The position numbers and the translations under genes are program-made. The notes below the pieces were generated by a model, which saw only the letters and a program-made list of their open reading frames with translations, ran no database searches and was not told the DNA's origin. 64,000 nt of DNA from an uncultured Verrucomicrobiae bacterium (GTDB lineage Bacteria; Verrucomicrobiota; Verrucomicrobiia; Limisphaerales; UBA11358), in contig CAWAYP010000001.1 of NCBI GenBank assembly GCA_963786375.1, positions 107,169-171,168 of the forward strand, given 5' to 3'. Positions 28,001-38,996 of the stretch are shown here, piece by piece. Every line of letters starts with the position of its first letter. Within the stretch, counting starts at the first letter, position 1.

Positions 28001-29155
28001 TTACATTCGTCTTAATGCGTCCGCCACGCGCAGGCGCATGGCCTGGAGCGCGGGAAAAATTCCGGTGACCAAACCCAGTGCGACGCTGATGCCGAGTCCG
28101 AGCAGCACATCGCGCGTGGGAAAAAAGAACAACGGCAACAGGCCGCCCGTCGGATCGCCGCGCGCGATGAACGTCCAGGCCAGGCCGAGGCCGATGACAC
28201 CGCCGAGCAGGGTGAGCAGGCAGGATTCGGCCAGCACGAGCGAGACGATTTGCGCATTGGTGAAGCCGATGGCCTTGAGCACGCCCAATTCGCCCGTCCG
28301 CTCGCGCACCGCCTGGGCCATGGTGTTGCCGGTCACCAGCAGGATGGTGAAAAACACCGCGCCCAGAATGGCGGCGACAATCAGCGCAATGTTGCCGATC
28401 TGGTTGGCCCACGCCTGGATGAATGCGCCTTCCGGTTCCGTTTTGGTTTCCGCCGACGAGTTTCCAAATTCCGCATCCACGCGTTTGGCCACTTCCGCCG
28501 CCTGCGCCGGGTCCTTTACGCGGATGGAATACCAGCCCACCTGGCCTTTATCATAACGCCTCGCTTCATCAAAATAATCGTAGCGGAAAAACAACGGCGT
28601 CGTGTCGGTGTTTTTGTTTTTCCCGTCAAAGATGCCCACAATGTCAAACGTCCAGATCCGGCTCCCGTCTTCCTTGGCCCAAATGGTTGACTGGATCGGC
28701 ACCTGGTCCCCGATTTTCCAGTGGAACCGCTCCGCCGTTTTGCGGCCGACAATGGCACCGGTCCGCGTGTCCAGCCACGCCTGCCTTTCCGCCGGCGGCA
28801 GGATGATTTCGGGAAACATCTTCAAAAATTCCTCCGGCACCACGGGATTTTGCATGAAGAAATTTTTAGGGTCCTGGTAAATCCCGCCAAACCAGGTTTG
28901 ATGCGTGGCAAAATCCACGCCGGGGATGCGGTCCATGCGCGCCTGGTAGCTCTCCGGCAGCAACTGGATGATGGACACCTTGTTGCGCACAACCAAACGG
29001 TCCGCCCCGGCCATCTGGACACCGCCGACCAGCGCCTGTTTGATGGCCGATAGAAAACCAAACAGCACAAACGCGACGATGATGGAAAGCAGCGTCAGCG
29101 ACGTGCGGAGTTTCTTCCGCCGCAAATTGCTCCAGATGAGATGAAGGAATTTCAT
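28001..29155 (-). CDS. ABC transporter permease (FtsX/MacB-type), first permease
   Basis: MKFLHLIWSNLRRKKLRTSLTLLSIIVAF..., C-terminal RTGELGVLKAIGF FtsX block. The start overlaps the ATPase stop (ATGA, 29152-29155). Confidence 0.88.
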   Translation of the reverse strand: MKFLHLIWSNLRRKKLRTSLTLLSIIVAFVLFGFLSAIKQALVGGVQMAGADRLVVRNKVSIIQLLPESYQARMDRIPGVDFATHQTWFGGIYQDPKNFFMQNPVVPEEFLKMFPEIILPPAERQAWLDTRTGAIVGRKTAERFHWKIGDQVPIQSTIWAKEDGSRIWTFDIVGIFDGKNKNTDTTPLFFRYDYFDEARRYDKGQVGWYSIRVKDPAQAAEVAKRVDAEFGNSSAETKTEPEGAFIQAWANQIGNIALIVAAILGAVFFTILLVTGNTMAQAVRERTGELGVLKAIGFTNAQIVSLVLAESCLLTLLGGVIGLGLAWTFIARGDPTGGLLPLFFFPTRDVLLGLGISVALGLVTGIFPALQAMRLRVADALRRM

Positions 29156-29859
29156 TTCACCGGTTCGTTGGTCAGTTGGCCCTTGTTGAGATAAACCGTC
29201 CGCGACGCGCGGGCGGAGGCGTGCGGGTCGTGCGTGACCATGATGATGGTCTTGCCGTGCCCGCGGTTCAGCGCCTGGAGCAAATCCAGAATTTCGTCGC
29301 CGGCCTTGCGATCCAGATCACCCGTCGGCTCGTCGCAAAGCAGCAGGGTTGGGTCGGTGACAATGCCGCGGGCGATGCCGACCCGTTGTTGTTCGCCACC
29401 CGAAAGGGTGCGCGGAAAATGCTTGGCGCGGTGCGACAGCCCGACGACCGCCAGCGCCGCCTCGACGTGCTTCTTCCGTTCCGCCTTGGACAGATGCGTC
29501 AGCAGCAACGGCAGTTCCACGTTCCGTTCCGCCGTCAGCACCGGCATTAAATTGTAAAGCTGGAAGACAAACCCGACGTGCCGCGCGCGCCACGCGGCGA
29601 GGGCGCGGTCGGACAATTGATCCACCCGCTCGCCGCCGACCGTCACCGTGCCCCGGGTCGGGTGGTCGAGGCCGCCGATCAAATTCAGCAACGTGCTCTT
29701 GCCGGAACCGGACGGCCCCATCAGCCCGAGAAATTCGCCGGTCGGCACCTGCAAATTCAAGCCCGCCAAAACGTGAATGTCCTCCGAGCCGCGATGGAAA
29801 ACCTTTTCCACGGACTCGACACGCACCAGGGCGCCATGGTTCGTTTGGTTTTCGTTCAT
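29152..29859 (-). CDS. ABC transporter ATP-binding protein (MacB/LolD-like)
   Basis: Walker A GPSGSGKST, signature LSGGEQQRVGIARG, Walker B LLLCDEPTGDLD. Confidence 0.93.
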   Translation of the reverse strand: MNENQTNHGALVRVESVEKVFHRGSEDIHVLAGLNLQVPTGEFLGLMGPSGSGKSTLLNLIGGLDHPTRGTVTVGGERVDQLSDRALAAWRARHVGFVFQLYNLMPVLTAERNVELPLLLTHLSKAERKKHVEAALAVVGLSHRAKHFPRTLSGGEQQRVGIARGIVTDPTLLLCDEPTGDLDRKAGDEILDLLQALNRGHGKTIIMVTHDPHASARASRTVYLNKGQLTNEPVK

Positions 29860-31070
29860 GGTTTTTCCTCTTTGACGGCCATGCCGTCCTTCAAATCAGC
29901 CGGCGCGTTCACAATGACTTTTTCACCGGCGGCAACGCCCGCGCTCAACACTGAATCGTCGTTTTGCGTGTCACTGACCGTGACCGCGCGGCGCTCGGCA
30001 TGGCCATCCTGAGCCACGAACACCACGTCGCGTCCGTCCCGATCCTGGACGGCGCTTTTCGGAACGAGCACGCCATGGCTGGCCGGTGCGTTGCCGGCTT
30101 CCTGAAACGCCACCTTCACCGACATGTCCGGCAGAATGCGCGGGTCGAGCTTATCAAAAGCGACGCGCACCTTGACCGTGGATTTGTCGCGGTCGGCCGT
30201 CGGAATGATGGCGATGACTTTGCAGGGGATTTTCCAATCCGGATACGCGTCCAGCGTGGCCACGACCGGCTGGCCCGGCTCGACCCGGTTGATGTAGCTT
30301 TCGTTCACGTCAATTTCAATTTCCAGCGAGCTCATGTCCACGATCGTCCCGATGCCGGTGCGCGTGAAGCCGCCGCCGGCCGAGACCGGCGAAATCATCT
30401 CGCCCGGCTGGGCGTCCTTGGTGGTGATCACGCCGTCGAAGGGCGCGCGGATGATCATGTCATCCATCTGCTGCTGCCACTCCGCCACCTGGCGGTCCGC
30501 GACGACGACGTCGAGTTTCTGCTGCGCCAGATGCGCCTGCAACGCCTTGGCGTTCGACTCGGCCAGGTCCAGGTCGGATTGCGACGCGATGTGGTGTTTG
30601 GCCAGTTCGGTCGTGCGTTGAAATTCCAGGTTCGCGTCCTTGAGTTGCGCCTCGGTCTCCGCCAGCGCCGCCTGGGCCGACGCCAACTGGGCCAGGGCCG
30701 TGTCCAAACTGGCCTTGACGTTTGAGTCGTCCAGCCGCGCCAGAACCTGGCCTTCCTTCACTTTCATGCCCTCTTCAATGAGCACTTCCGTGACCTTGCC
30801 GGTGACCTTGGAGGAAACGGTGGCCTCCCGCCGGGCGGTGACGTAACCCGAGGCGTTCAACACCGTGCGGTCTCCGCCGCCGCCCAAGGCATCCCGCGCG
30901 ACCGCTGTATGCACTTCGAGGGCATCGGCCCGCGAATGCCACCAGACCGCACCGCCCAACGCCAGCAAGACCACAACCGCGCCGGCCACCAGCCACGGGT
31001 TGAATCGGGATGGCCGTTCGGGTCGGCGCTCGATGCGCAACTCATCAAGCGGAGATTTGGGTGAACTCAT
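29856..31070 (-). CDS. efflux transporter periplasmic adaptor (HlyD/MacA-type membrane fusion protein)
   Basis: N-terminal TM, coiled-coil hairpin, barrel-sandwich and beta-barrel segments (ASGYVTARREATVSSKVTGKV, IIRAPFDGVI). 4-nt overlap with the ATPase gene. Confidence 0.9.
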   Translation of the reverse strand: MSSPKSPLDELRIERRPERPSRFNPWLVAGAVVVLLALGGAVWWHSRADALEVHTAVARDALGGGGDRTVLNASGYVTARREATVSSKVTGKVTEVLIEEGMKVKEGQVLARLDDSNVKASLDTALAQLASAQAALAETEAQLKDANLEFQRTTELAKHHIASQSDLDLAESNAKALQAHLAQQKLDVVVADRQVAEWQQQMDDMIIRAPFDGVITTKDAQPGEMISPVSAGGGFTRTGIGTIVDMSSLEIEIDVNESYINRVEPGQPVVATLDAYPDWKIPCKVIAIIPTADRDKSTVKVRVAFDKLDPRILPDMSVKVAFQEAGNAPASHGVLVPKSAVQDRDGRDVVFVAQDGHAERRAVTVSDTQNDDSVLSAGVAAGEKVIVNAPADLKDGMAVKEEKP

Positions 31071-31208
31071 AAAAATGTCCTCCTAAATCAAACCGATTTT
31101 TGCCTTAAGGGCAAGCCGGGGAATGTAACAAACGGCGCGGATTGGAAAAAAGCACGGGTCCCGCCTGTAATAATTCAGCGGTCAGCCAGGCAGCGGCCGG
31201 CGTTCCTT

Positions 31209-32750
31209 TCACTTCGCCGCCGTGAATTTGTAGAGTTCGACGCTTTGAGCGGCAATGTTCACTTTGAACAGCTCCTTGCCGGTGTCGGCGATGTCGGGCA
31301 CGTCCTGTTGCCGCCACAAATCGCGCACGTGCTGATGGCCGTTGATGCCAATGTAATCAAGTTTGTTGAATTCAATGCTCACCGGGACCGAGCTGCGGTT
31401 GAAAAACGCGACGGCTTTGCCGCCATCCGCCAAATCCTTCAAGTAAACGTCCACGGCCCCGACCGTCGCCACGCGCGTGGCTTGTTTGCCGAGCGCGTCC
31501 TGGTCAATCGCGAGCACCTCGTCGTTGTCCAGGAGATTGAGGGTGAAGGGGTCAAGCCGGTCGAGATCACAGCCGATGAGCAGCGGCGCGGACAACATGC
31601 ACCACATGGTGATGTGCGTGTATTGCTCATCCGGCGTGAGCCGCGACGGATGGGGATTTCCCCAGCCGACGTCGCCGACGACCAGCATGTCGGGATCGTT
31701 CCAATGTCCCGGCCCGGCGAACGGCGCCCAGCGGTCCTGCGAAAAGGCGATTTCCGAGACGGTAAATTGATAGAATTGGCCGGGCATGTTCCAACTGTCA
31801 AAAATGTCGCCGGTGGTGCGCCAGCAATTCGCCCATTGCGCCCAGTCGGCGGCGTGATCAAACGGCGCGTTGTTCGAGAGGCTGAAAACGATGTCGCGTC
31901 CGGATTTTCGCAGGGCCTGGCTCATGGCCTTGGTGTGCGCCACGTCAATGGGGTTCCAGTCATATTTCAGATAATCAAACCCCCAGGCAGCCCATTGAAG
32001 AGCGTCGGCTTGGATGAAGGAATATTTGCCGAAACGCTTTTCATTCTGCATCGCCTTGGTCCAGACGCCGGCGGCATTGTCGCCCGACTCGCCGGCATCG
32101 CCGCCATAGGAGGTAATCCACGGCGTGGAATAAATGCCCGCTTTCAAACCCAGCGCGTGGACCTCGTCGCATAATCCTTTCATGTCGGGAAAACGTTTGT
32201 TGCCCTGGAGCGCGTGATCCTGGCCGGTGCGCTGGCCCTGCCACGTGTCGTCAATGTTGATGTAAGTCCAGCCGTGATTGATGAGGCCCGAGGAAACCAT
32301 CGCCCGCGCCGAGCGCAACACTTTGTCGGCGCTGACCGTCCAGGCCCAGCAGTTCCAACTGTTCCAGCCCATCGGCGGCGTGAGCGCGATTTTGCCGCCG
32401 ACCACAATGCGGAATTTCTTCTCCACCTCGCCCTTCGCATTTTTGGCGTGGAACATAACGTCATATTCACCCTTCTTTTTGAGCGAGCCGGTGATCTGGC
32501 CGTTGGCGGCATTCACGCTCAAACCGGCGGGCAGGTTTTCGACGCTGAACGTCATGGGCCGGTCGCCGGTGGCCGGAATGGTGTACAGCAACGGCGAGCC
32601 GGGCCGGACGCCGAAAATGTCCGGGCCGTTGATGCGCGGCGTATCCGGCGCGGGCGGCGTGCGGATGAACGGGGAATAATCCGGCGCGTCGGCGGCGCGG
32701 AGATGGAGACAGGTCAGCAACAGGCAGAGGGAAAGGAATCGTGAAGTCAT
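31209..32750 (-). CDS. secreted GH27 alpha-galactosidase-like glycosidase with an N-terminal Ig-like domain
   Basis: Signal peptide, then PPMGWNSWNCW and YINIDDTWQG (GH27 catalytic-domain motifs). Confidence 0.82.
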   Translation of the reverse strand: MTSRFLSLCLLLTCLHLRAADAPDYSPFIRTPPAPDTPRINGPDIFGVRPGSPLLYTIPATGDRPMTFSVENLPAGLSVNAANGQITGSLKKKGEYDVMFHAKNAKGEVEKKFRIVVGGKIALTPPMGWNSWNCWAWTVSADKVLRSARAMVSSGLINHGWTYINIDDTWQGQRTGQDHALQGNKRFPDMKGLCDEVHALGLKAGIYSTPWITSYGGDAGESGDNAAGVWTKAMQNEKRFGKYSFIQADALQWAAWGFDYLKYDWNPIDVAHTKAMSQALRKSGRDIVFSLSNNAPFDHAADWAQWANCWRTTGDIFDSWNMPGQFYQFTVSEIAFSQDRWAPFAGPGHWNDPDMLVVGDVGWGNPHPSRLTPDEQYTHITMWCMLSAPLLIGCDLDRLDPFTLNLLDNDEVLAIDQDALGKQATRVATVGAVDVYLKDLADGGKAVAFFNRSSVPVSIEFNKLDYIGINGHQHVRDLWRQQDVPDIADTGKELFKVNIAAQSVELYKFTAAK

Positions 32751-32811
32751 GCGGGGAGGATAACACTTGAGAACTCGGCCATGTCAAGCGCCGCCCCAAA
32801 ACGGGAGTGTC

Positions 32812-33150
32812 CTAATTTGGATTTTTGTATCGGAAAAATAGTACTTCCCCTGTGCTGTCTTCTTCTAATCTCGCTAAAAGTTCCAACTGTTTACTGCTTT
32901 GATAGGCTTCCCAAATTTGGTTCTCACTTAGACCCGTATATCTTGAAATCGCCGTAACACTGCAAGCTCCCTGATAGCCTGTTTGCATATCCTCGTACCT
33001 CACCCCTCTTAAGTAATTCTCCAGCCTTTTCTTTCTGATTCTTAGGCCGCATTTGAATCCAATCCAAAACCAGACAGCCACTATTGCTGTCGCAATTGCT
33101 GCGAAGTTGGCTCCGATTTCTAGCCAATCCTTAAACGTTCCACTGGTCAT
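32812..33150 (-). CDS. hypothetical membrane-anchored protein (cargo of the TIR-bounded module)
   Basis: SD-like AAGGGTGA lies 7 nt upstream of the ATG. One N-terminal TM (IGANFAAIATAIVAVWFWIGF) precedes a soluble ~70-aa tail. The stop codon lies inside IR-L. No family recognised. Confidence 0.55.
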   Translation of the reverse strand: MTSGTFKDWLEIGANFAAIATAIVAVWFWIGFKCGLRIRKKRLENYLRGVRYEDMQTGYQGACSVTAISRYTGLSENQIWEAYQSSKQLELLARLEEDSTGEVLFFRYKNPN

Positions 33151-33369
33151 TTAATATCACCCTTCACATCTTTCACGGTTTGAATTCGCGGCTGGATTTT
33201 TATTTTTTTAACTTAAATTTTCGGGTGGGAGAGGTAGCTTTGGCAGCAGCCAGTAATTTTCTCATCACGCTTTGATCTGGCACTGGCTTTATCACAGGGG
33301 CTTTTGTTGGTAATTTGCCGTTCAGCTTTGACACCATTCGATTCCGAAGCGGAAAATGTAGGAGCTTTT

Positions 33370-33465
33370 TTGGGAATAGTTTTCAGTCTAGCAATTTTGT
33401 TCGGAGTTTGGATGATAGGCGCAATTCCATCTTTCCTGATTTGGTTTATTTTCAAGAAAAGATAA
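33370..33465 (+). CDS. candidate 31-aa hydrophobic peptide (cargo of the TIR-bounded module)
   Basis: AGGAG (33360-33364), 5 nt, then a TTG start. Reads (M)GIVFSLAILFGVWMIGAIPSFLIWFIFKKR-stop. Below the ORF-track size cutoff and found by hand translation. Competes with the 80-aa minus-strand ORF 33213..33455. Confidence 0.25.
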   Translation: MGIVFSLAILFGVWMIGAIPSFLIWFIFKKR

Positions 33466-33543
33466 TTTCAAATTAGGACACTACCCCCAAAACCAATCCC
33501 GTACGCGGCTTGACGGCACCGCGGATTCGTCCTAGCTTTCAAC

Positions 33544-35782
<2,239 letters not shown>

Positions 35783-35790
35783 TTTCAGAC

Positions 35791-36204
35791 ATGAATTCCG
35801 CTTCGCAAGATTTCCCCCACCATCTTGCCGTGCTGCGTGAGCGGATGCTGCACCCGACGGATTATGAACTGGCGGTGAATTATTTTTTGGAGGAGTTTGC
35901 GGGTGACGCGGCGTTTGTCCGCGCATCGGACCGGGAGCCAATGCCACATCTCGTCGCCGTGCTGGGCAATGTGGTTTCAAAGGCGCTGGGCCGGACTGTT
36001 GAATTGGAAGGCGCGCTGGTGTCGTATCTGCGCGAACACCGGTTTGTCCACGGAAACGCCCAGGCGGACGGGCGCGTTGTATTGTTCTTCTATTTTCAGG
36101 ACGCTGACACGGGCATGGTGATGATCATTCCCGGTATCCGTGGGCAAGGAGATATGGCACGCTTTCATCTCACCGGCGGATTGCCTGATCCGCAACAGAA
36201 TTGA
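35791..36204 (+). CDS. hypothetical protein (cassette 1 downstream of thiC)
   Basis: The ATG lies 8 nt after the thiC stop. 137 aa, in-frame part of ORF-track 35233..36204. No family recognised. Confidence 0.5.
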   Translation: MNSASQDFPHHLAVLRERMLHPTDYELAVNYFLEEFAGDAAFVRASDREPMPHLVAVLGNVVSKALGRTVELEGALVSYLREHRFVHGNAQADGRVVLFFYFQDADTGMVMIIPGIRGQGDMARFHLTGGLPDPQQN

Positions 36205-36212
36205 ATTCAACC

Positions 36213-36234
36213 GGAAGTTTACGCGAAGGCGTAA
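36213..36234 (+). repeat. copy of the last 22 nt of thiC (codes EVYAKA-stop)
   Basis: GGAAGTTTACGCGAAGGCGTAA versus native GGAGGTTTACGCGAAGGCGTAG (35761-35782): 20 of 22 identical. It can fold as TTACGC-gaag-GCGTAA. Confidence 0.8.
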
Positions 36235-36252
36235 ATCTGTTAAACCCCTGTC

Positions 36253-36765
36253 ATGGCAATCAACCCGCCATCCGACAATCTGCCGCTGGCCGACGTGCTG
36301 CGCGCGGCGAACGACTTGGTCGCTGCGAAATTGATTGAAGACTGGGCGCTCGGCGGCGCGTTGGCGGCGATTTATTACGTCGAGCCGTTCACTACTTACG
36401 ACGCGGACATTTTTTTTATTCCCGCTGACAAGGGCTTGACCGCTGGCATCCCGGCTATCTACGCGCATTTGCAAGCGCAAGGCTGGCAGGTCGAGCGCGA
36501 ACATCTTTTGGTGAGTGGATTCCCTGTTCAATTTCTCCCCGCCCACGGATTGACCGAGGAAGCCGTGCGTGAAGCGGAGCGGATTGATTATGAAGGCGTG
36601 CCGGCGAAAGTTTTCCGCGCCGAACATATCGTCGCCATTGCCGCCAGCGTGGGCCGGGCCAAGGACAAGGCGCGCATCGAACTACTCCTCCAGCAGGCCG
36701 ACCTGGACAAAACAAAGTTGGAAAACATCCTACAACGGCATAAATTGAAACTGCCAATGATATGA
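36253..36765 (+). CDS. nucleotidyltransferase-fold protein (cassette 2)
   Basis: [25 protein letters not shown] resembles the G[GS]x9-13[DE]x[DE] minimal NTase motif. 170 aa. The family assignment is tentative. Confidence 0.55.
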   Translation: MAINPPSDNLPLADVLRAANDLVAAKLIEDWALGGALAAIYYVEPFTTYDADIFFIPADKGLTAGIPAIYAHLQAQGWQVEREHLLVSGFPVQFLPAHGLTEEAVREAERIDYEGVPAKVFRAEHIVAIAASVGRAKDKARIELLLQQADLDKTKLENILQRHKLKLPMI

Positions 36766-36893
36766 AACCGGAAATGCGGCAAAAACTCGCGCGCGAACCG
36801 TTTGCGGAAAAAATCCGGAAAGTTGGACAGCTCATTCGTCTGGCAAAAACCTTTCCCCGCCGCGCGGCCAAACCACAGCCCGCCGCCAAATGA
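36762..36893 (+). CDS. small basic hypothetical protein (43 aa)
   Basis: ATGA overlap with the upstream ORF's stop, and its own stop overlaps the ATG of the thiC-tail copy. Hand-translated: [43 protein letters not shown]. Confidence 0.3.
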   Translation: MKPEMRQKLAREPFAEKIRKVGQLIRLAKTFPRRAAKPQPAAK

Positions 36894-37024
36894 AAATCAC
36901 CGAAGACGTCCGCAAATACGCCGCGGAGCAGGGTTTGGCTGAGGAACAGGCATTGAAAGCCGGGATGGGACAAAAAGCTCGCGAATTTGTGAAAAATGGA
37001 GCAGAAATCTACGCGAAAGCGTGA
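36890..37024 (+). pseudogene. displaced or duplicated thiC 3' end (last 44 codons)
   Basis: [44 protein letters not shown]-stop versus native [44 protein letters not shown]-stop (35648-35782). The first 35 nt are 34/35 identical. Confidence 0.8.
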
Positions 37025-37082
37025 TGAGTCTCTCAACTCTCAACCAACCACACTCAACCAGCGCACAGCGCTTTAAGGCCGC

Positions 37083-37104
37083 AGGGGTTTACGCGCAGGG
37101 GTGA
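37083..37104 (+). repeat. degenerate fourth copy of the thiC tail 22-mer
   Basis: AGGGGTTTACGCGCAGGGGTGA matches the native thiC end at 16 of 22 positions and retains the GTTTACGCG core. Confidence 0.55.
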
Positions 37105-37189
37105 CTCATGGAGTGGGAAAATCGTTCCGCTGTCCACTTACATCGCCCTGCTTCGCGGCATCAACGTTGGTGGCCAGAAGCCCATCAAG

Positions 37190-37675
37190 ATGGCCGATTT
37201 GCAGTCGCATTTTGCCTCCGGTGGCGCGGTCAATGTGCGCACCTACATTCAAAGTCGCAACGTGGTCTTCGAGCATCGGGAAAAATCAGCGGCGACGTTG
37301 CGGAAAATCCTGGAACAACATCTGGCCGCGAAACTCGGTTATGCCGTTCCTACACTTGTCAGAACAGCAGAGGATTTCGCCGCCATTGCCGGGGCAAATC
37401 CATATGACACGCATCTGCCCGGATTCGGCCGGCGGATGTATGTCTGTTTTTTTGAAAAGGCGCCGGCAGCTTCGGCCATCGCGGAGATACAGTCACTGGT
37501 TACCGATGCGGAACGGCTGGTGGTGAAAGGTGTTGCCGGTTACGCTTACTACACCACCGGCCTTGGTCGTGCAAAGCTGACCAGCAACGTTATTGAGCGA
37601 AAACTCGGGCTGGCGACACTGCGAAATTGGAACACCGTCACGGCGCTGCTCAAAATGTCGCAGACTCGGTCCTAA
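37190..37675 (+). CDS. DUF1697 family protein (5' end anomalous)
   Basis: NVRTYIQSRNVVF and the overall profile fit DUF1697. The family's N-terminal YIALLRGINVGG motif is encoded in the same frame upstream (37139-37174) but with no in-frame ATG. The ATG at 37108 is out of frame. Confidence 0.7.
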   Translation: MADLQSHFASGGAVNVRTYIQSRNVVFEHREKSAATLRKILEQHLAAKLGYAVPTLVRTAEDFAAIAGANPYDTHLPGFGRRMYVCFFEKAPAASAIAEIQSLVTDAERLVVKGVAGYAYYTTGLGRAKLTSNVIERKLGLATLRNWNTVTALLKMSQTRS

Positions 37676-37876
37676 TCCGAAGTCTTGCTATAGCGGCCGG
37701 GGATTGCGTGGCTCGCTCAGGGCCTGAAGACACGGATTGCACGAATTGGCACGGATTCAATTAGTGAAAATTCGTGAAATTCGTGTCCACCGCTTCGTTG
37801 TGTGAAACCGATGGCGGCCGTTAAAAAATAATATTTCTTAAAATTATGCTTGCACAATTCCCGTCCTGCGTTAATA

Positions 37877-37894
37877 TTTAACCATATGGTTAAA
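37877..37894 (+). promoter_or_regulatory. perfect 18-bp palindrome overlapping the ArsR start codon (candidate autoregulatory operator)
   Basis: TTTAACCATATGGTTAAA; the central ATG is the start at 37886. Confidence 0.5.
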
Positions 37895-38230
37895 TGTTCG
37901 ACCCGATTGTTGGACCGCACGTTCGGCGCGCTGGCCGACCCGACGCGCCGGCGCATCCTCGAACACCTCGCGGGCGGCGACCGTTGCGTGACGGATCTGG
38001 CGCGGCCTTATCGGATGTCGCTGCCGGCGGTTTCCAAGCATTTGCGCGTCCTGGAGAACGCCGGACTGGTCCGCCGCAAACGCGACGGGCGCGTGCATCG
38101 TTTGAAATTGGAAGCGAAGCCGATGCAGCAGGCGCAGGCGTGGATCGAGGAATACCGGAAGTTCTGGGAAGCGAGCTTTGACCGTTTGGACGAATACTTG
38201 AAACAACTACAAACCAAGGAGAAAAAATGA
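37886..38230 (+). CDS. ArsR/SmtB family transcriptional regulator
   Basis: FGALADPTRRRILEHLAGGDRCVTDLARPYRMSLPAVSKHLRVLENAGLV. Confidence 0.85.
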   Translation: MVKCSTRLLDRTFGALADPTRRRILEHLAGGDRCVTDLARPYRMSLPAVSKHLRVLENAGLVRRKRDGRVHRLKLEAKPMQQAQAWIEEYRKFWEASFDRLDEYLKQLQTKEKK

Positions 38231-38715
38231 GCACCACAGCAACCATCAAAGAAAACAACATCAAACTACAACTCACCCGCGTTTTCGACGCGCCGCGCGA
38301 ACTGGTTTTCAAGGCGTGGACGGACGCGAACCAATTCCAGCAGTGGTTCGGTGCGGCGGCCTGCGAAGGAGCGTCGTTGCAATCCGTGAAGGCGGACGCG
38401 CGCGCCGGCGGCAAATATCGCATCCAGGTGCGGCGCGCCGACGGCGAATTTTTCACGACCGTCGGGGTTTATCGTGAAGTGAAACCGCCGGAGCGTCTGG
38501 TCTTTACCTGGGCGCTTGAGAAAGACGGCAGCGGCGATGAATTCGGCGAAGTCGAGCCGCCCGAAATGCTCGTAACGATCGAATTCAAAGCGCGCGGCAG
38601 GCAGACGGAATTGATTTTGACGCACGAGAAATTTGCGTCCGTCGAAAGCCGCAACCGGCACGAAGAGGGCTGGGGCCGGTGTCTGGCTGAACTCGGAAAA
38701 TTTGTCGGCAAATAA
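38227..38715 (+). CDS. SRPBCC (AHSA1/START-like) domain protein
   Basis: LTRVFDAPRELVFKAWTDANQFQQWFG is typical of Aha1-like SRPBCC proteins. 4-nt overlap with the ArsR gene, a common pairing. Confidence 0.85.
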   Translation: MSTTATIKENNIKLQLTRVFDAPRELVFKAWTDANQFQQWFGAAACEGASLQSVKADARAGGKYRIQVRRADGEFFTTVGVYREVKPPERLVFTWALEKDGSGDEFGEVEPPEMLVTIEFKARGRQTELILTHEKFASVESRNRHEEGWGRCLAELGKFVGK

Positions 38716-38895
38716 ATATTACGACCAACATTTCCGAGCCGCTCATCGTCGAGCCGGGTGAAAACACCTGCGGAGATGAATAAACTCGGCGGCGCGCTTG
38801 TTGGTGATCGCCGCCACCGCGCGTCTTGTTTTATCACAACGGTGCGCAGTCTTGCCATGGTGCCCGGGCGTTCCGTGGCTCGTTGAGGGTTTAGA

Positions 38896-38958
38896 TTGGG
38901 GTGCCGCAGCGGCGCTGCCCTACCGCAATTTTGGTAGGGCAGAGTTGCCGCTCCGCCC
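38896..38958. repeat. GC-rich palindromic element (variant)
   Basis: GGGGTGCCGCAGCGGCGCTGCCCTACCgcaattttGGTAGGGCAGAGTTGCCGCTCCGCCC, with a central CTGCCCTACC/GGTAGGGCAG hairpin. Confidence 0.6.
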
Positions 38959-38996
38959 ATTCTAAAAAAATCTTTGTCGCCATTGAACGATGCGTT

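Larger units (their letters stand above)
32806..33482. mobile_element. AT-rich 677-bp module bounded by 14-bp perfect terminal inverted repeats and flanked by a 9-bp direct repeat; no transposase
   Basis: IR-L is AGTGTCCTAATTTG (32806-32819) and IR-R is CAAATTAGGACACT (33469-33482). CCCCAAAAC occurs at 32794-32802 and again at 33485-33493. GC drops sharply inside. Confidence 0.6.

Noticed and set aside
26775-28412. 545-aa ORF treated as a single permease
   Set aside because: Its first ~145 aa overlap the 3' part of the upstream permease gene (28001-29155) in another frame and look like a shadow frame. The FtsX-type protein begins at MAGPINWF (ATG 27974), 24 nt after the upstream stop.
33213-33455. 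80-aa minus-strand ORF inside the TIR-bounded module
   Set aside because: TTG start without an SD and a Lys-rich low-complexity sequence. The opposite strand has an AGGAG-preceded hydrophobic peptide. Neither is proven, and I rate this one lower.
35791-36204. HEPN toxin assignment for the 137-aa cassette protein, paired with the downstream NTase-fold protein
   Set aside because: The only support is one RxxxxH string (RERMLH) near the N-terminus, whereas HEPN toxins of MNT/HEPN pairs carry it near the C-terminus. That is insufficient evidence.
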